A DNA stretch of 64,000 nt from Antedon mediterranea (Eukaryota; Animalia; Echinodermata): positions 4,464,001 to 4,528,000 of the forward strand of contig NC_092674.1 of the NCBI RefSeq assembly GCF_964355755.1. Reading direction: 5' to 3'. This document shows positions 1 through 13,663 of the stretch, piece by piece. Under the pieces are notes generated by a model that saw only the letters and a list, made by a program, of their open reading frames with translations, did not search any database and was not told the DNA's origin. The translations under genes and the position numbers were made by a program. Numbering within the stretch: position 1 is the stretch's first letter; every line of letters begins with the position of its first letter.

Positions 1-23
1 TATTATTGTATTTTATCGATTCG

Positions 24-330
24 AGTGGCCAAGCGGTTAAGACAGGGGTGCCGCAAACCATACCTATACAATCGGCCCAGGTTCAAGTCACTTCTCAACC
101 AATGTTCTGGTGGTAGAACAAGTCTTCTCAGATAAGGAATTAAAACTAGAGGTCCGATGTACACATCTGTGCACTCTAAAGAACCCAGTTCATCTTTCAC
201 AAGAGTAGAGGGTTAACCCGGTAACTGGTATATTCAGCCCCTGTCGTTGTGGACAGATGAACAGGCGCTGTTTAGTGGCAGCACCAGAAATTTGCCATTC
301 ACACCTGTGCACAATTAAGCCCAGTTAGGC
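24..330 (+). mobile_element. tRNA-derived SINE with a Deu/Nin-like central domain, intronic
   Basis: A-box-like GAGTGGCCAAGCGGTTAAG and B-box-like GGTTCAAGTC, then TTCTCAGATAAGGA...GAGGTCC...AAAGAACCC...GAGTAGAGGGTT. A second copy lies inverted at about 4830-4965. Confidence 0.65.
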
Positions 331-433
331 TGCAAGTCACAAGTTATTCTCCTACATTCTGTATGTGTTTTTATTTGGGTAGATTTTCCTATCAGCTCTT
401 TTAAATGAATCGTAATGTATATATATTTTGTAG

Positions 434-3400
434 GAGACGTTAACAGGTTTCAAATGGATGGGTAATCGGTCATATCAGTTACAAGAAGAGGGACATACAG
501 TATTGTTTGCATTTGAAGAGGCTATTGGTATGTATCATTAATTTCAATCTATTAATATTTGATCATTCATTCAATTACTTCCATTTATTGTTATTTGCAT
601 ATAAAATATACATAGAAATTATGTTTGCTCTGAGATATACAAAAACAGATAAATAAAAAACAAAAACAATTACAAAGTGTCACATCACTCTCGTACAGTA
701 TACTGACAACAAGCATTCAGTGCCCGAATGGCGGCTGGATAAAATCTGTTACGAAACCTATTCGTACGAGAGATGATGGACCGGTAACGTCTACCTTTAC
801 GTAACACCTCAAATTCATTATGCATGGGATGAGTAGAATCTTGCAATATAGAATGTGTTTTGTTAATTAATCGATTTTCAAAAACGTATTCCAATGATAT
901 GTGATGCATACTTAACACGTCAAAAAGCAATTGTAGGCTTTTACATTAAAGAATAGTACCCATGTTTTATGAGTTTTCTTAGATTGAGGCTTAGACCAAC
1001 TTAACTATCTGTATCTGTATATAACAGCTCAAATGTACATTATACTAACAGCCCTTGTCTTTTTAAAATTGTAGGTGTGCTACAAATTGCACTCCTCAAT
1101 ACATTCAGGGGTTCTGTAGGTGTGCTGTTTGTATTTTGGTGTGTAGAAGTTTACCAAATTTAAGCATGTTGTGAATCACACTCCTTAAGGGCTGTTTAGG
1201 AGTGTGTTAGGTGAGTGATCGCACTCGCTCACCTTAAAAGAAAAGGCCTGTCCTAAATTTCTTTTCAAATATTGTTTATTTTATTTTTCTAGGGTTCATG
1301 TTTGGTTCTAACGTGCTAGATAAAGATGGTATCAGTGCGTGTGCAATTCTTGCAGAGATGGCATGCTATCTGGCCACTAAAGGTGTAACAATGAAGGATA
1401 AACTATATGAAATATATAAAGAGTAAGTTTCTACTGTACAAATTGTGTCTCCTAAATAGAGGTTGTGTCTCCTAAATAGAGGTTGTGTCTCCTAAATAGA
1501 GGTTGTGTCTCCTAAATAGAGGTTGTGTCCCCTAAATAGAGGTTGTGTCCCCTTAATAGTTGTGTCTCCTAAATAGAGGTTGCGTCTCCTAAATAGAGGT
1601 TGTGTCTCCTAAATAGAAGTTGTGTCTCCTAAATAGAGGTTGTGTCTCCTAAATAGAGATTGTGTCCCCTTAATAGTTGTGTCTCCTAAATAGAGGTTGT
1701 GTCCCCTAAATAGAGGTTGTGTCTCCTAAATAGAGGTTGTCTCTCCTAAATAGAGGTTGTGTCCCCTAAATAGAGGTTGTATCTCCTAAATAGAGGTTGT
1801 GTCTCCTAAATAGAGGTTGTGTCTCCTAAATAGAGGTTGTGTCTCCTAAATAGAGGTTGTGTCTCCTAAATAGAGGTTGTGTCCCCTTAATAGTTGTGTC
1901 TCCTAAATAGAGGTTGCGTCTCCTAAATAGAGGTTGTGTGTCCTAAATAGAAGTTGTGTCTCCTAAATAGAGGTTGTGTCTCCTAAATAGAGGTTGTGTC
2001 CCCTTAATAGTTGTGTCTCCTAAATAGTTGTTGTGTCTCCTAAATAGAGGTTGTGTCCCCTAAATAGAGGTTGTATCTCCTAAATAGAGGTTGTGTCTCC
2101 TAAATAGAGGTTGTGTCTCCTAAATAGAGGTTGTGTCTCCTAAATAGAGTTTGTGTCTCCTAAATAGAGGTTGTGTCTCCTAAATAGAGGTTGTGTCTCC
2201 TAAATAGAGGTTGTGTCTCCTAAATAGAGGTTGTGTCTCCTAAATAGAGGTTGTGTCTCCTAAATAGAGGTTGTGTCTAGAAACATATATTTTCATATGT
2301 TTGTTTCACTGGAAAGCTGTGTTTTCCCCTAAATGTGTGGGTTTTACTGTAGGAGAAACCACTTTGGACTCCAATAATGTCCCCTGAATAGCGTATGTCC
2401 CATAAATAGGGGTGTTCCAAATGAGGGGTTTTACTACAGGAGAAAATTATTTCATACATTAATGATGAGTGGTATTTTAGAACTGATGAAATATAGTTTT
2501 CTTTGTTTTTGTAAATTTTTCAGCTTAATGTGGTGTTTAGTGTATTGAATTGTTTATATATGACATTGTTTTGTTATTCAGTATTTCTCTAGTTTGAGGT
2601 TGAACTCCCAAGTCATTAATGGTCTGTCTCTGTTTATATTACTCTGTGAATAGATTATTAATAATATTTTGTATTATTTGTATCTTTAGATACGGTTTTC
2701 ACTACTCAATCAATTCTTACTACATATGTCACCATCAGCCAACCATACAGAAGATTTTCCAAGGCATGAGGACGTATGAAAATGGTGGTGTAAGTTGTTG
2801 TAACTAAATACAGTCAGTGGTGTAAGAGCTATGAGCACTCACTGGGTGCCCTAGAGCAGTGTCCAGAGAAATAAACAGGCATTAAAATATGTCGAAAAAA
2901 GCTCCAGAGGACCACTTCGGGTTCCTAAACTAATGGCCTCTGCATTACGCCACTGAATACAGTAAATAAGGAGTTGGTCATAGTGCTAAACGATATATTA
3001 TAGTCCCTTTTTAGTTTCACATAAAACTATCCTCTGAGTAGGAATGTGCCCTGAATAGGAGTGCCCCCAAAGGAGGTTTTCTACAATCGTATACATCAGT
3101 GCTTATATACAGAGTTGCACTGATAATTGTGATAATTTAATTGGTTGTTAGTTAGTGGCTTGTGCTATTTAATTAGTTGTTGTTTTAAATTCTATTCATT
3201 GGACTTGATAATGACCCCATGATGGAGTCGAAACGTCTTTCTTTTTTAAGCGTTATTTTTATATTATGTATTTACAATAAACGTACCCTCATTCGTAATT
3301 GTGATAAACTATAATTAAAGAAAAACCTTGCTTTTAAAGCATGCTTACCAGTGCAGAATAATCAATTATAGTAATAGTTTCGAAAGTAAACATAACTGTG

Positions 3401-4913
3401 TTCTGTTACACAGATTTTAGTTACGCTTCAGTGCCTTTGAAAACACATTGGGATTGAATAGAAGACAACTGTATGACAGATAGTCGTTATTATTTGGCTA
3501 CCATTATGATAATACCTAGGGTCTAACTGTGAACTGTACACCTCAAGCTTTATTATCAACTTTCTGTCTATTGTTATCACATGTTTTTACTTTTAATTTG
3601 TCTTGTCAACCAGAATGTGTCAAATATTATAACCAACGCTCTATCAAACTAGTTTGACAAAAAAAGGTGTGATGTGCCAAAATATGGTAGTGATATGCCC
3701 AAAGATAGTAGTGATATGACATCATCATGTCCATATATGGGCACATGGAGTTGATATTGTAACAGAGCTTTGATGACTTTATCCAAAGACATTTGTAATT
3801 TTTTTCCTCCTCCATCTTAAAAAATGCCTATGAAGGCATTTATTTTTATAACAAAAAAATGTAAAAAACACAACATAATTTCATATAGAAGGGGTATAGA
3901 TAGAGCAAAACCATGAGAATAACCATTTACATTATTTATTTTGCAGTATCCAAGTACATGTGGTAAATACAAGATAAATGGTATCAGAGATTTAACAACA
4001 GGCTATGACAGTGACCAACCAGATAATAAAGCAGTAAGTATACCATATAGTGGAATCACATTGGCATCTCTCGCCAGAATAGCAGATTGGGATTCTGTGA
4101 TATTTTTGGGACGTTTTTCAGTAGATTTGATGATTGCGAAAATAAAAGGAGCCATGGCCAATGTGGAGAACTCAGTAAAGGGTTTTTACAGTCTTGAACA
4201 CTGTGTAAAGCTATGTCTACATTATCAAACTTTATGTGACAAAAAATCACTATCAAATCATATCACTACCATATTTGGGAATATCACTACCATATTTGGG
4301 CACATCACACTTTTTTTGGCAATAGTTTGATAGTGTAGACAGAGCTTAACAATGTTTAGTTCTGTGTAGCATGTAAATTCTCATACAAAAAGTAAAACAT
4401 AGTAATACCATGAAAGAATTTCCTCCAACAAAGTACTTTACATTTAATGTTAAGGTTAAGGTACACATTTCTTGTTTTCTTGTACAGATTTTGCCAACCA
4501 GTAAATCAAGCCAAATGATCACCTTTACCTTCGCAAATGGTGCTGTTGCTACCCTCAGGACAAGTGGAACCGAACCTAAGATTAAGTATTATACTGAAAT
4601 ATGCGCAGACCCTTCCTTGAGGTTAGTACTTTATTATCCCAGCAAAAAAAGAAATTTCAAAAATACTTTTTAATATATGTAAAATGAAGTGCTGGATCTA
4701 GGGATCTGTCTTGTATTTTTTATAAATGTTATGAAGGTATCTATGCCTGTGATGTTTATTTATACTAGACAATCTCTTCAGTCTAATACTTGTCTCCCAG
4801 AGGACCAAGTTATGATCAGTTGCTGTGATGTACTAGTACACTGGGGTAACCCCTACTTGTCTCGAAAGATTTACTAGGGTCTTTAAAGTACACATGAGCT
4901 ACATGTGTACACT

Positions 4914-4947
<34 letters not shown>

Positions 4948-5172
4948 TTGTTTTACCACCAGAACTAGGAGTGAGTGAGCTTACGTAATTACGGTTCCAC
5001 TGTTTTAGCTGCTCGGCCACTCACTGATGCAATATATATACAGAATAAATTTGAGCTTGTTTTTGTTTTCAGTGACTATGATGCAATTAAAGAAGATCTA
5101 CGGCAACTTGTGAAAGATTTAATAACTAACTTTCTGAAACCAGATGAGTATAAGCTACAATCAAAGTCATAG
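434..5172 (+). CDS. PGM2: Phosphoglucomutase-2 / PGM2L1 family, last 6 coding exons (5' part lies upstream of the window)
   Basis: Exons 434-527, 1293-1422, 2690-2789, 3947-4033, 4488-4621, 5073-5172(TAG), all GT-AG with compatible phases. They translate to [11 protein letters not shown]...[10 protein letters not shown]...VLDKDGISA...[10 protein letters not shown]...[10 protein letters not shown]...[14 protein letters not shown], hallmark motifs of PGM2-type phosphohexomutases. PGM2 versus PGM2L1 cannot be separated from this fragment. Confidence 0.92.
560..930 (-). mobile_element. 3' fragment of a non-LTR retrotransposon (Rex1/Babar-like RT C-terminus)
   Basis: ORF 685-930 reads [45 protein letters not shown], a typical Rex1/Babar ORF end, followed by a (TGAA)n-like tail near 562-572. 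Confidence 0.7.
1443..2278. repeat. 20-bp minisatellite (TTGTGTCTCCTAAATAGAGG)n, about 42 units
   Basis: Directly visible head-to-tail array without spacers, starting 20 nt after a PGM2 donor site. Variant units recur 334 bp apart (1583/1917, 1618/1952). Confidence 0.98.
3110..3360 (+). mobile_element. Penelope-like terminal-repeat remnant with a degenerate minimal hammerhead
   Basis: TTGATAA-T-GACCCC/ATGAT/GGAGTC-GAAACGTC at 3205-3237, followed by AATAAA and an AT-rich tail. Confidence 0.45.
4209..4346. mobile_element. PIF/Harbinger (Tourist-like) MITE, family 1 (about 14 copies in the window)
   Basis: Consensus TIR AGCTCTGTCTACACTATCAAACT, TAA target duplication at this copy, internal 21-bp unit ATATCACTACCATATTTGGGC. 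Other copies (approximate): 3640-3768, 5201-5318, 10296-10442, 10800-10958, 22690-23347, 29478-29665, 30148-30295, 31740-31880, 34212-34338, 37577-37709, 46504-46638, 58906-59054, 60276-60374. Confidence 0.85.
4830..4965 (-). mobile_element. Second copy of the Deu/Nin-like SINE central domain
   Basis: Reverse complement matches about 105-225 (GGTGGTARAACAAGTCTTCTCAGATAAGGA...GGTCC..TGTACAC). Confidence 0.7.
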
Positions 5173-6934
5173 AGAGGTGAGAGATTTTTATCTCTACTAC
5201 AGTTGTGTCTACACTATCAAACTTGATGTAACAAAAAGATGTGATGTGCCCATATATGGACACGAGATGTCATATCACTAGTCAAACATTAAACTAGTTT
5301 GATATTGTATACAGAGCTAATTATTTAGAATATAGATAACAAGTTCTTAACAAAACAAAGAAGGCACACAATTTCTATGTAATGTTTACCTGTGTCTCTT
5401 TTATTTACTAGGAGACAACATTCCTTGTGCCAGAACTTAGGCAGACATTTTAATGTTTATCAAGCCGTCCATCCATCCAATGTACAGATTGAGTATAACT
5501 ATCATCAACACAAATTATTTAAACAAAAATTTACCACCTTTAATATCAAATCATTGAATTCTCCAATGCAAATTTACTAAATATGATTTAGCAAGTTGAT
5601 ATTTTTTTAAAGGAAAATACAATAGAACTCCAAATAGGACACATTATAAGGACACCTCTTAAACCTAACATACTGTTCCTTTGAATAGGGGCTGACCATG
5701 TGTTAAAGGTTATATTTCCCCTTGTTGATTTAAAAAATGTTCCCTTATAGGAATGGGAAAGGAAGGTCTATTGTAATTTAAAATTGTTAATTACATTGAA
5801 ATATTATCACTATTTACTACTTTAAGAAATTGGTTTAGTAAATTGTGGAGTGAGCCTATACCATTATGGTGTATTTTTTTACCAACATTTTTCACAGCTT
5901 GAAGTGATATTGTGATTGTTCAGCACATTTAACCAAAGAGACTACTCTTTAAAAAATACATTAATTTTAGGAAAAAAAAGGTTTGCTGATGAAATAAAAG
6001 AAAAAATATTATGGCATGGTTACTTGGTAGTAACATTGCTGCTTAGCAGGGTAGTGGGTTCAAGACCTAGATTAAGTCATTGTCTGCTACCTTAAAGTAG
6101 ACATGTTTTAACTGAAATAAAATAATAATAAATTAATATATTATCATTTATTTTGAACTTACTGTGTACTTTGTTAAGACCGTTTAATAGTGCATTCACA
6201 CACAAAACAATTAAATATTAAAAGAATAAAAGGAGCCCCGTCCAGAACTATAATATAAGGAGAATACTATTTAAATGTATAAAATCTGAAAGTAAAAAGG
6301 TTTAATGTTTTACAGAACTTTTAATATTGGGTGATTTGTGTAAATATTAAAAGATCGAATATTGAAATCATTTTGTGACAAGAAAGATGACATTTAATAT
6401 TCTTTTATTTATTTTTGAAATAGTAAATCTGAAATAAGATGAATTTTATTAAGTTTTAGAAATAAATTAATAATATTTGTTTAATTAATATTGCTGATTA
6501 TATATTCAATGCTATGTCTATCTGTAGTTTTCTATATATAGCCTGTGTTTTCCTTAGTGTCAAACAATTTCTCGTTTCATTTTAAGAATATCTTTTTCTG
6601 TACATACAGAAACCAGTTTGAATTTTTGTTTCAAGTAAATGTTAATTATATACAGTAAGTGTAAACTGACAGGAAATATAACTATTTTATTTAAAGACCC
6701 TTCCCTACGTTTTTTAGATCTAATTTAAGATCACAAACTATATTTAATGTAAAAATAATACTATATGATCCTATTGCGATAACTTTTTTTGTCTTTAAAT
6801 GTTTAAAAATGTGAAAAATAAGTTGATTCTAATAATTATAGCTGCCCGCTATAAATCCTAAGATGCATTGCGCGTGGATTGATATTTTGGTTTTTCTTCT
6901 GTAATTCTTGATTGCTAATTTGTAAGCTTTGACT

Positions 6935-7302
6935 ATTTGTATTGTCCGCCCACAACCCCCCCCCCCCCCCCCTAAAAAAAAACATGAACAATTAAGATTA
7001 ATAAATTCAGACTTTAAATAGGCCAATTTGCAGTTTTAATCAAGTTACTCACTTCTGTACAAAAAACCAAAACAATTAATGATTTCACTTATAAAAAGAC
7101 AAAAGAAATGTTTAATTTTAACCGAAAACCATTCTGACAGACAATTTAAGTATTTTGTGCTTTAAATTATATTTTTTAGGTAAATAATTTTTTTTATCAT
7201 CCAGTTTTTGGTCAAAGTGAATAATGACTATTATGTGACTTTAAAATGGCATATAAAAAAAATTTTAAAAAAAAATTTGTAGGGGGACAATATATCTTTT
7301 AA
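6935..7302. mobile_element. Non-autonomous DNA transposon with TTAA flank (Kolobok-like)
   Basis: Right end GGGGACAATATATCTTTTAA is the inverse of TTAAAGATGTATTATCCCC seen at 19507. Related partial copies at about 7640-7870, 10962-11297 and 14630-14880. Confidence 0.55.
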
Positions 7303-8329
7303 TTGTACTAGTATACTATACAGTTATAGAGTAATATAACAGTAAATAATTAGTAAATATTTTACAATACTACATACATTAATCGCCACGTTCTAAATGT
7401 ATCAAGAATGCAATGAATGAATGAAATGCTTTGTTGCATTGACTTTATATATTTACATATCTTTGTTTTTGTTCTATGAGCTGTTAGATTAAGATTTTTT
7501 TTTTCTCTCTCTTTTGCTATGGATATAATATTATGTCACCATGATATTCCGAAATAAAAAGATCAATGAAATGAAATACCAGGGGTTATTTTTAAGACAG
7601 AGACTGAAAGACTTGTACACGGATATTTAGGGTTTTTTTTAGAGATGTATTGTTCCCTCAAAAACATGAACAATTTTGTAATTTAAAAAAGTTATTAATC
7701 ACATTCGTAGAAAAAAAAAACATTATTTTTCACTTATAAAAATGACAATATAAATTAAACCAAAAACCCTCATTAATTTACAATTTTTTCAGGTAATTAA
7801 TTTTAGGTCAAAGTGAATAACTATGATGTGACATTGTAATGGCATATTCAACACAACATTTTTTAAGAATTATTTTATTTTTAAGTCTAGGCCGAGGTAA
7901 AAAATTTGATTTAATTGTGCATACCAAATGGTATTCACACTTCTTCTTTATCTTGAATTCTGGATGAACAAAATCCATGTTATATCCGCTACATAAATTT
8001 ACATATTATAATTATACTATACATCGGTTGATGATTATTGACTGAGAGTAATTTAATAATAAAATAGATTTATTCTATGTAATAAATAGTTAATGAGCAT
8101 TTCATTATTTACTTTTATTTTCTTTTCACAATTGATTAATTTTGTTCTAGCATTTTGTTATTGATTTTATCATTTTATATACGCTATAAATAATTGTATT
8201 ATCTTGCTTGACGTCAACTTACAATATTGAATGCAATATAAATTGAATAAAACTAAAGTAATGGTAATTATTGATATTCATTTTGTTGTCTTTTTGTATA
8301 TACTGTTATTAACCAGAGGTGATCTTCAG

Positions 8330-8514
8330 CAGCGTTCTGCAACTTTTATTAACCGCGACCCCATGATCCTATTTTGGAAATTCTCGCGACCCACCATTGG
8401 ATATTTGATCAGTGTATAATTGATAAAAAGTTTCAGTATCGGAAACAATTTCGTGATAAAAAATTTTTTCGCAACCCAAACATTGTGTCACACCCCTTAG
8501 GTTGCGGAACAGTG
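8330..8514. mobile_element. hAT-like MITE
   Basis: Ends CAGCGTTCTGCAAC / GTTGCGGAACAGTG, internal GCGACCC repeats, imperfect 8-bp TSD ATCTTCAG/ATCTAAAG. Confidence 0.5.
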
Positions 8515-11500
8515 ATCTAAAGGGGATTGCTAGGGTGCACTCTACTACTTTTGACAGGTAAAATTAAATTATGGTTTTCGATGAATATTAATATTATATA
8601 TTGGATCCGCCACTGTTAACTAATATAGCTAGAACCCATATTAAGGGGACACCTTCAGGACCTTGAAAAGTGTCCCCTCAATAGAGGTGTTTTACAAACG
8701 AGTTTTACTGTATATAAAATAGCCAGAAACATTGATTGAATTGCAATATTTTAAAATATTGCAAAACCGTTCTACATTTGTTTAATTAAACTAATTTAAA
8801 TATACAATTATAGGTTTATGAATATTCATGAAGGTGACATGGTCAAGGTTGGCTACTTTGTCAAGGTATTTACCTTGTATTTTGCCCCATTTAACTAATC
8901 CACCTATTATTCCAGCTCATTGATAATTACTATACCACACATCATTTAATTTCGAGGAAAGGTGATATTATTGAATTGGATTACCAAAAAATATGTATAA
9001 TAAAAACAGAATACTAAATTAACTTATTAATTGTTAATCAACTGCAAGGTCAAAAACTGCTACTGTACTCCGACTACAATCGTAAGCAAGAAAACAAATT
9101 GTCAGCTTGCTTGAAAATAACTTTGTGTACTACTATGCAGATAGCGATTTTAAAGGAAAATGTTAATATTGTCCAAAACTGTACACAGTATAAAAAAACA
9201 CAGAAGTGTTTAGTCTTTGCCAATTAACCTGTCAACATTAAATTAAAAATGATTTGAAAAGAAATGGAAAATGATGTTCAGTAAACAGTCTACTACTGGT
9301 GACGGTGACCCCACTTACATACACATACACCCACGTAAAATGAATGATATGTCATTGAACCTAGCGCCATTATATTGTATTGTGTTATTTCCAATGCACT
9401 TCTCAAATATAATAGGTGAATATTTGACATCATACAGTATATCATGTTTTGTCACCTTCTGTGACATCACAAGGTGGAACAGTGGTATTTCAGAGAACCA
9501 GGAAATGATTCTCAAATTTGTTTTTTTAACCGGGACAACATTGAAAACAATAATGAAATAAAGGCAAATATGTTGTGATATGTTGTTGATGGTGTAGATC
9601 TATGTTAATAAATTTATTTCATCATCGCGGCAAACAAATTTGAAATGCATTAGTTAGTTGAAATGTATTGGATTAGTGGCTGTTTTGATTTGTGGTGGTG
9701 TTCAAATGAACTATTTTTAGGTTTGATACAAAATGTTACATACAGCCTGAAGTACATATCTCTAGTAACTTTAAAACATTATTGATTAAATTATTAAATT
9801 GCACAAAAGTATAATTCTGTATATTAAGGTGATACTTTGGCTTCAATTGTGGTTGACATGATATGGCTTACCAATCTCAGGGTGCTTGGTTCAAATCTTT
9901 TCACACTCACATTTTCTGACGACAATATACTCTCATTTTAAGACCGTCCGTTTAGAAAGAGAGGGTTTGATTTGTTTGATTTGATTTATTCAATATCGGC
10001 TCATTACAATTACAACAGAGTACATAAAAATATATAATGAAACAAAAAGCCAGGATTGTCAAAAGCGAACCCAATCACTGTTTAAAGACTTTCATATTAG
10101 TAATTCATCAAGTCACATATTCTGTTTTAGTATATTAAATTCACATGAATAAAAATCATAAATGAAATTTTGAAGACCAGTATAAATCAAAAGGGTTTGG
10201 TTTTTTGGCAATCATATCAAAAACTTTAACAACAGTCTCTGCAGCTATCTTGTCTTCCTTGACCCACCCATCAGCCTATCATCAAAACTGCCTAAAGCCC
10301 TGTCTACACTATCAAACTAGTTTTACAAAAAAAGTGTGATGTGCCCAAATATGATAGTGATATGGCCAAATATAATAGTGATATCATCATCATGTCCATA
10401 TATGGGTACATCACATTTTTTGATAGATGTATAGACAGAGCTTTATGCTCAGCAACTTTCTACAGTGCAGAAAATAATTTCTTCATTTACTTAGAATAGC
10501 GTTACCACTGTTGTCGCAAATGAATTCATAATTTGATCTAGTCAGTGTACATATTTGGCATATCAATGTGTAACTGTTCATTGCTTTGGTATTCTATTAC
10601 ATGATGATGATATATTTCATTAAAGCTACGCATTTTGAATATGTAAACATCCAAACAACATGTGATGTGTAGTTATCAGACTATGTTTAATATAAAAAAC
10701 ACTAATTGGTAAGTTTTATATGCAATTGCCTAAGAATTATCAATTTGATTGTACACTTTGTACTGTATCAGACATTCTCATTGTGTATTGTTTGTTTGAA
10801 GCTCTGTCTACACTATCAAACTTTATGTGACAAAAAAATGTGATGTGCCCATATATGGACATGATGATGTCATAACACTACCATATTTGAGCATATCACT
10901 ACCATATTTGGACACATCACACTTTTTTTTTCAAACTAGTTTGATAGTGTATACAGATTCTTTAAAATATTGTTGTCCTCCAAGGCAAACAAAATAAAGA
11001 TGAATCAAAATTAAACTTTGCATAGGCCATTGTAGTTTATTAGAATTTACTTATAGATAACCTATAGAAAACGGAAAACATATAATGATTTCACTTATAA
11101 AAAGACAAAATAAATGCTTCAATTTAACCAAAAATCTGGTTAACTATATTTTTAAAATTACGGTTTTATCAGGTAAATATTTTTTTAGATCAAATTGTTG
11201 GTGTAAATGTGAATAATTATTATATGACATTAAGATGGCCTATTTAATAAGAAAACATTTTAAAATATTTTTTTCCAGGGGACAATATATATCTATATTT
11301 ACAGGAAATTGCCTTGCCACCTTTTAGAAGGATAGTGAATGAATTTGCTTATGGTTATTCGTAGCAATTTGCCTAAATAAATTTTTTTTAAATAAAAAAT
11401 TACAAAAAAACTGTAATTGCACACTGAGGTAAAGCCATCCTAATTGAACAATTATTGACCTGTATCAGCATTCTCAGAATGTTGTCATTTTAAGTGGTTT

Positions 11501-13663
11501 TTATCCTGAAAAATGAATTAATAGAATTGGGATGCATCAGTTAGACAACTTTCAACCATGGTTAAACATTAATTTTGTTAACCCTAAAGAACTTTTTAAA
11601 AAACTGAATGTACAAAGGTACGTTATGCTAATATAAACATATCTATTTGGTTAAGGGTTTACACTAGGTCAATATTTACAGTGTAATAACCTGATAAACA
11701 TAGGTGACAGACTTTGGCCATTCTACCATAATTAGCCGGTGGTATCACATATATTATATATATTACTGCCGATTTTTTTATGAAACATTTTCTGCTGATT
11801 GGCTTCTGATAGATGATCAACGTACTGGCATTTAAATATTGCAAAGATTTATGGCTGTAAGGTAAGAAAACATTTACCTGAACTGTATTTATGTTATGCT
11901 AACAATTTTATCATGTACCAGTAGTACTATATAAAGAAAACCTAGATTTCTGTGGTAACTGATTAGATGAAATTACAAATACTGTATATGTATCCTTCTA
12001 AAAATAAATCTAGTTAAATAAACCTGTAAATAAAACAACAAATGAATAAGTATGAATATAGACTCTTTTATAGTTTAGTAAGTTATTTATAAGCATTTTT
12101 TTTATTTTCATAATAATATGAAATAAGAATATACAAGAAAATATATATATAAGAAAATACATAATATTTTTTTAAAATAATTATGTAACATTAATTAAAT
12201 TAAATTGAGCTTGAATTCAAGATATTTTTAAAAATATTAAATGTTAATGTTCTTCTGTTTTTTTGTTCATAAATTTACATACGAAAGATTATTTTATTTT
12301 AGCTAATCAGGTTCATTTAGCATATTTGTATTAAACCTGATCAATAATTGATTTTTATTTATTTTTTTCATTGCATTTTTTACAAGTTTGCTTTAATTTG
12401 AATGGCTGTACGGTATCTTATGAATATTCATAAGCCTATTTAAAGTTGTTGACATTTAACCTATTTCTTTGGTAGTCAGTCAGCAGTGAGCAGTTGATCA
12501 CAAGTCAGTCAAGCAAAGGTACTTAACTTCGCACAGAAACCGATTTAAAACTAATGTTTAATAGAACTTCCCCTTTTGTAAACGCTGTTTTTAAAGGTAA
12601 GAGTTTGAAATATATTTGAATTACAAAAACTGTAGTCAATTTGTGTATAAAGAAATAAGGTAGGTGAAAAGTAAGTAGCAAGGAAGTCCACCACCACAGG
12701 ATCCAGGTATTGTGTAGGTAACTGGCAGGTGAGACTGAGTGAGAGGCACACAGTAGCCTAGAATTCTTTCTATTCACTTTAATTAGAAGTATTGGGCGAG
12801 AATTTCATTTATTGTCAGTGGATTAGAGCTTAGAACAGTGCACAATATTCAATAGTTTTTTGTTTAGACAAGCCAGTTAATTCAAGTACACAATCCATAT
12901 AAACAGTTTCAACTATAACATTGAAGGCAATTTTATAATAATTTCGTAAATTGGCCTATAGTAATACTTGTATACTTGTTTTTTTCTGCAATAATACTTG
13001 AAAAATGTTTTCCAATCCTTTGTATTATTATGCAGACAAATTCTTATGAATTAATAAAGTTTAATTCTAATTTAGTGTATGCAAAATATGAGATAAATAA
13101 AGTACTGATCCAATTTCCTCCCCGCCCCACCATTTTTTAAAAAGAGGGCTTGGGGGGAGCAAAAGGTTATAACATAAGCTTCAACGCCACTGTATGAACT
13201 TACTGTAAATTTAGTTGCCATTTTTTTGGGACGTGAAATTTAAGATACCCTAAAGCAAAACACCTGTTCAATGCATATTGTTTCTGGTCAAAGTTTTGAC
13301 CACTTTTTATACAATTACATTCAAGCTACAGTAGTAGGTCAACTACCATGGACATGTTATTCAGTTAAGTTAACTTATTGAACACATGAGGAGGCCCAGA
13401 TCAACTAAACTTCTTTGGGGCCATTATGCACATATAAACATTCAATAAAATGTTACCTTAAATCCTAAGTTCACAACTGTAAATGAAGTAAACACAGCTT
13501 TATTATATTGTTTACTTATTATACTATACATAACATTTTAATTACTATGAATTAGTAACAATTATAATTCCTCTGCATTATGTCTTCTGATAATAATAAA
13601 TTCCATCTATTTCATGCCTACTTGCCAGGATATTACCAGGGAATGCCTGTCGTTCCCCTGTAA

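Noticed and set aside
1443-2278. CRISPR-like regular repeats (also 20130-21020 and 43930-44420)
   Set aside because: Head-to-tail units with no unique spacers, no cas genes, and a eukaryotic intronic or intergenic context.
6956-6973. C18 tract (G-quadruplex potential on the minus strand)
   Set aside because: Simple homopolymer expansion inside a decayed transposon end.
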